A stretch of 64,000 bases of DNA from Macrostomum hystrix (taxonomy: Eukaryota; Animalia; Platyhelminthes). The translations under genes and the position numbers were made by a program. Positions within the stretch are counted from its first letter, which is position 1; every line of letters begins with the position of its first letter. This document shows, in pieces, positions 63,589 through 64,000 of this stretch. The stretch spans positions 17,236,001 to 17,300,000 of the forward strand of contig CATNEN010000039.1 in assembly GCA_950097015.1 (NCBI GenBank). Reading direction: 5' to 3'. The notes beneath the pieces were generated by a model. The model was not told the origin of the DNA. It made no database searches and saw only the letters and a list, made by a program, of their open reading frames with translations.

Positions 63589-63799
63589 TTGAATGCGCGC
63601 TCGTTGTTGAGCTTCTGAAGAAAGAGTTTGTTGTTGTGTGTTTGTTATCGGTTTGGAGATTCTGGCGTCGATATAACCTCCTTACAGGTCCTACAGGTAC
63701 AGTTACAGAGCTAGTCAAGGTCACGAGTACACTAAGGTGAACATGTGAAGTATGTACATGCGAAGGTCATGCTGATGTACATGCAGAGGTCGCATGCAC

Positions 63800-64000
63800 A
63801 GGAGGGAAAACTGGAAAAGCTTGTCAATATTGTCTGTACATTAGGGGGACGGAAACTGGGAAATTTTGTCAAGGTCGGTTGTACATTAGGGTGATGGAAA
63901 ACTCGGAGAGTTTGTTAAGGTCATTTGTACATTAGGGTGATGGAAAACTGGGAAATTTTGTCCAGGTCGGTTGTACATTAGGGTGATGGAAAACTGGGAA
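63800..64000. repeat. ~46-bp minisatellite GTACATTAGGGTGATGGAAAACTGGGAAATTTTGTCCAGGTCGGTT, runs off the window end
   Basis: GTACATTAGGG at 63836, 63881, 63927 and 63973. Confidence 0.85.

Overview
Eukaryotic (metazoan) genomic DNA with GT-AG introns and AT-rich spacers. Roughly 40% of it is tandem repeat: about 30 different 12-46 bp minisatellite, microsatellite and polypurine arrays. That architecture resembles the flatworm Macrostomum, but this is an inference, not an identification. Genes reconstructed by hand: malectin (partial, -); a 4-exon mitochondrial NADP-isocitrate dehydrogenase (+); a gene of at least 15 exons that the ORF track shows only as fragments, encoding a ~880-aa Cys-patterned, probably extracellular/GPI-anchored protein (-); an intronless secreted PAN/apple + ConA/LamG-like protein; an intronless ankyrin-repeat gene with one frameshift; an LRRC28-like gene with one frameshift; and VPS25. 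A tRNA-headed SINE family has 7 copies. Most notable observations: (i) many introns look like ~55-215 bp introns inflated almost wall-to-wall by their own private minisatellite, and neighbouring arrays share core motifs; (ii) one SINE inserted exactly on a splice acceptor, and its 13-bp target-site duplication created a second copy of that acceptor. Nearly all long ORFs in the ORF track are translations of repeats.
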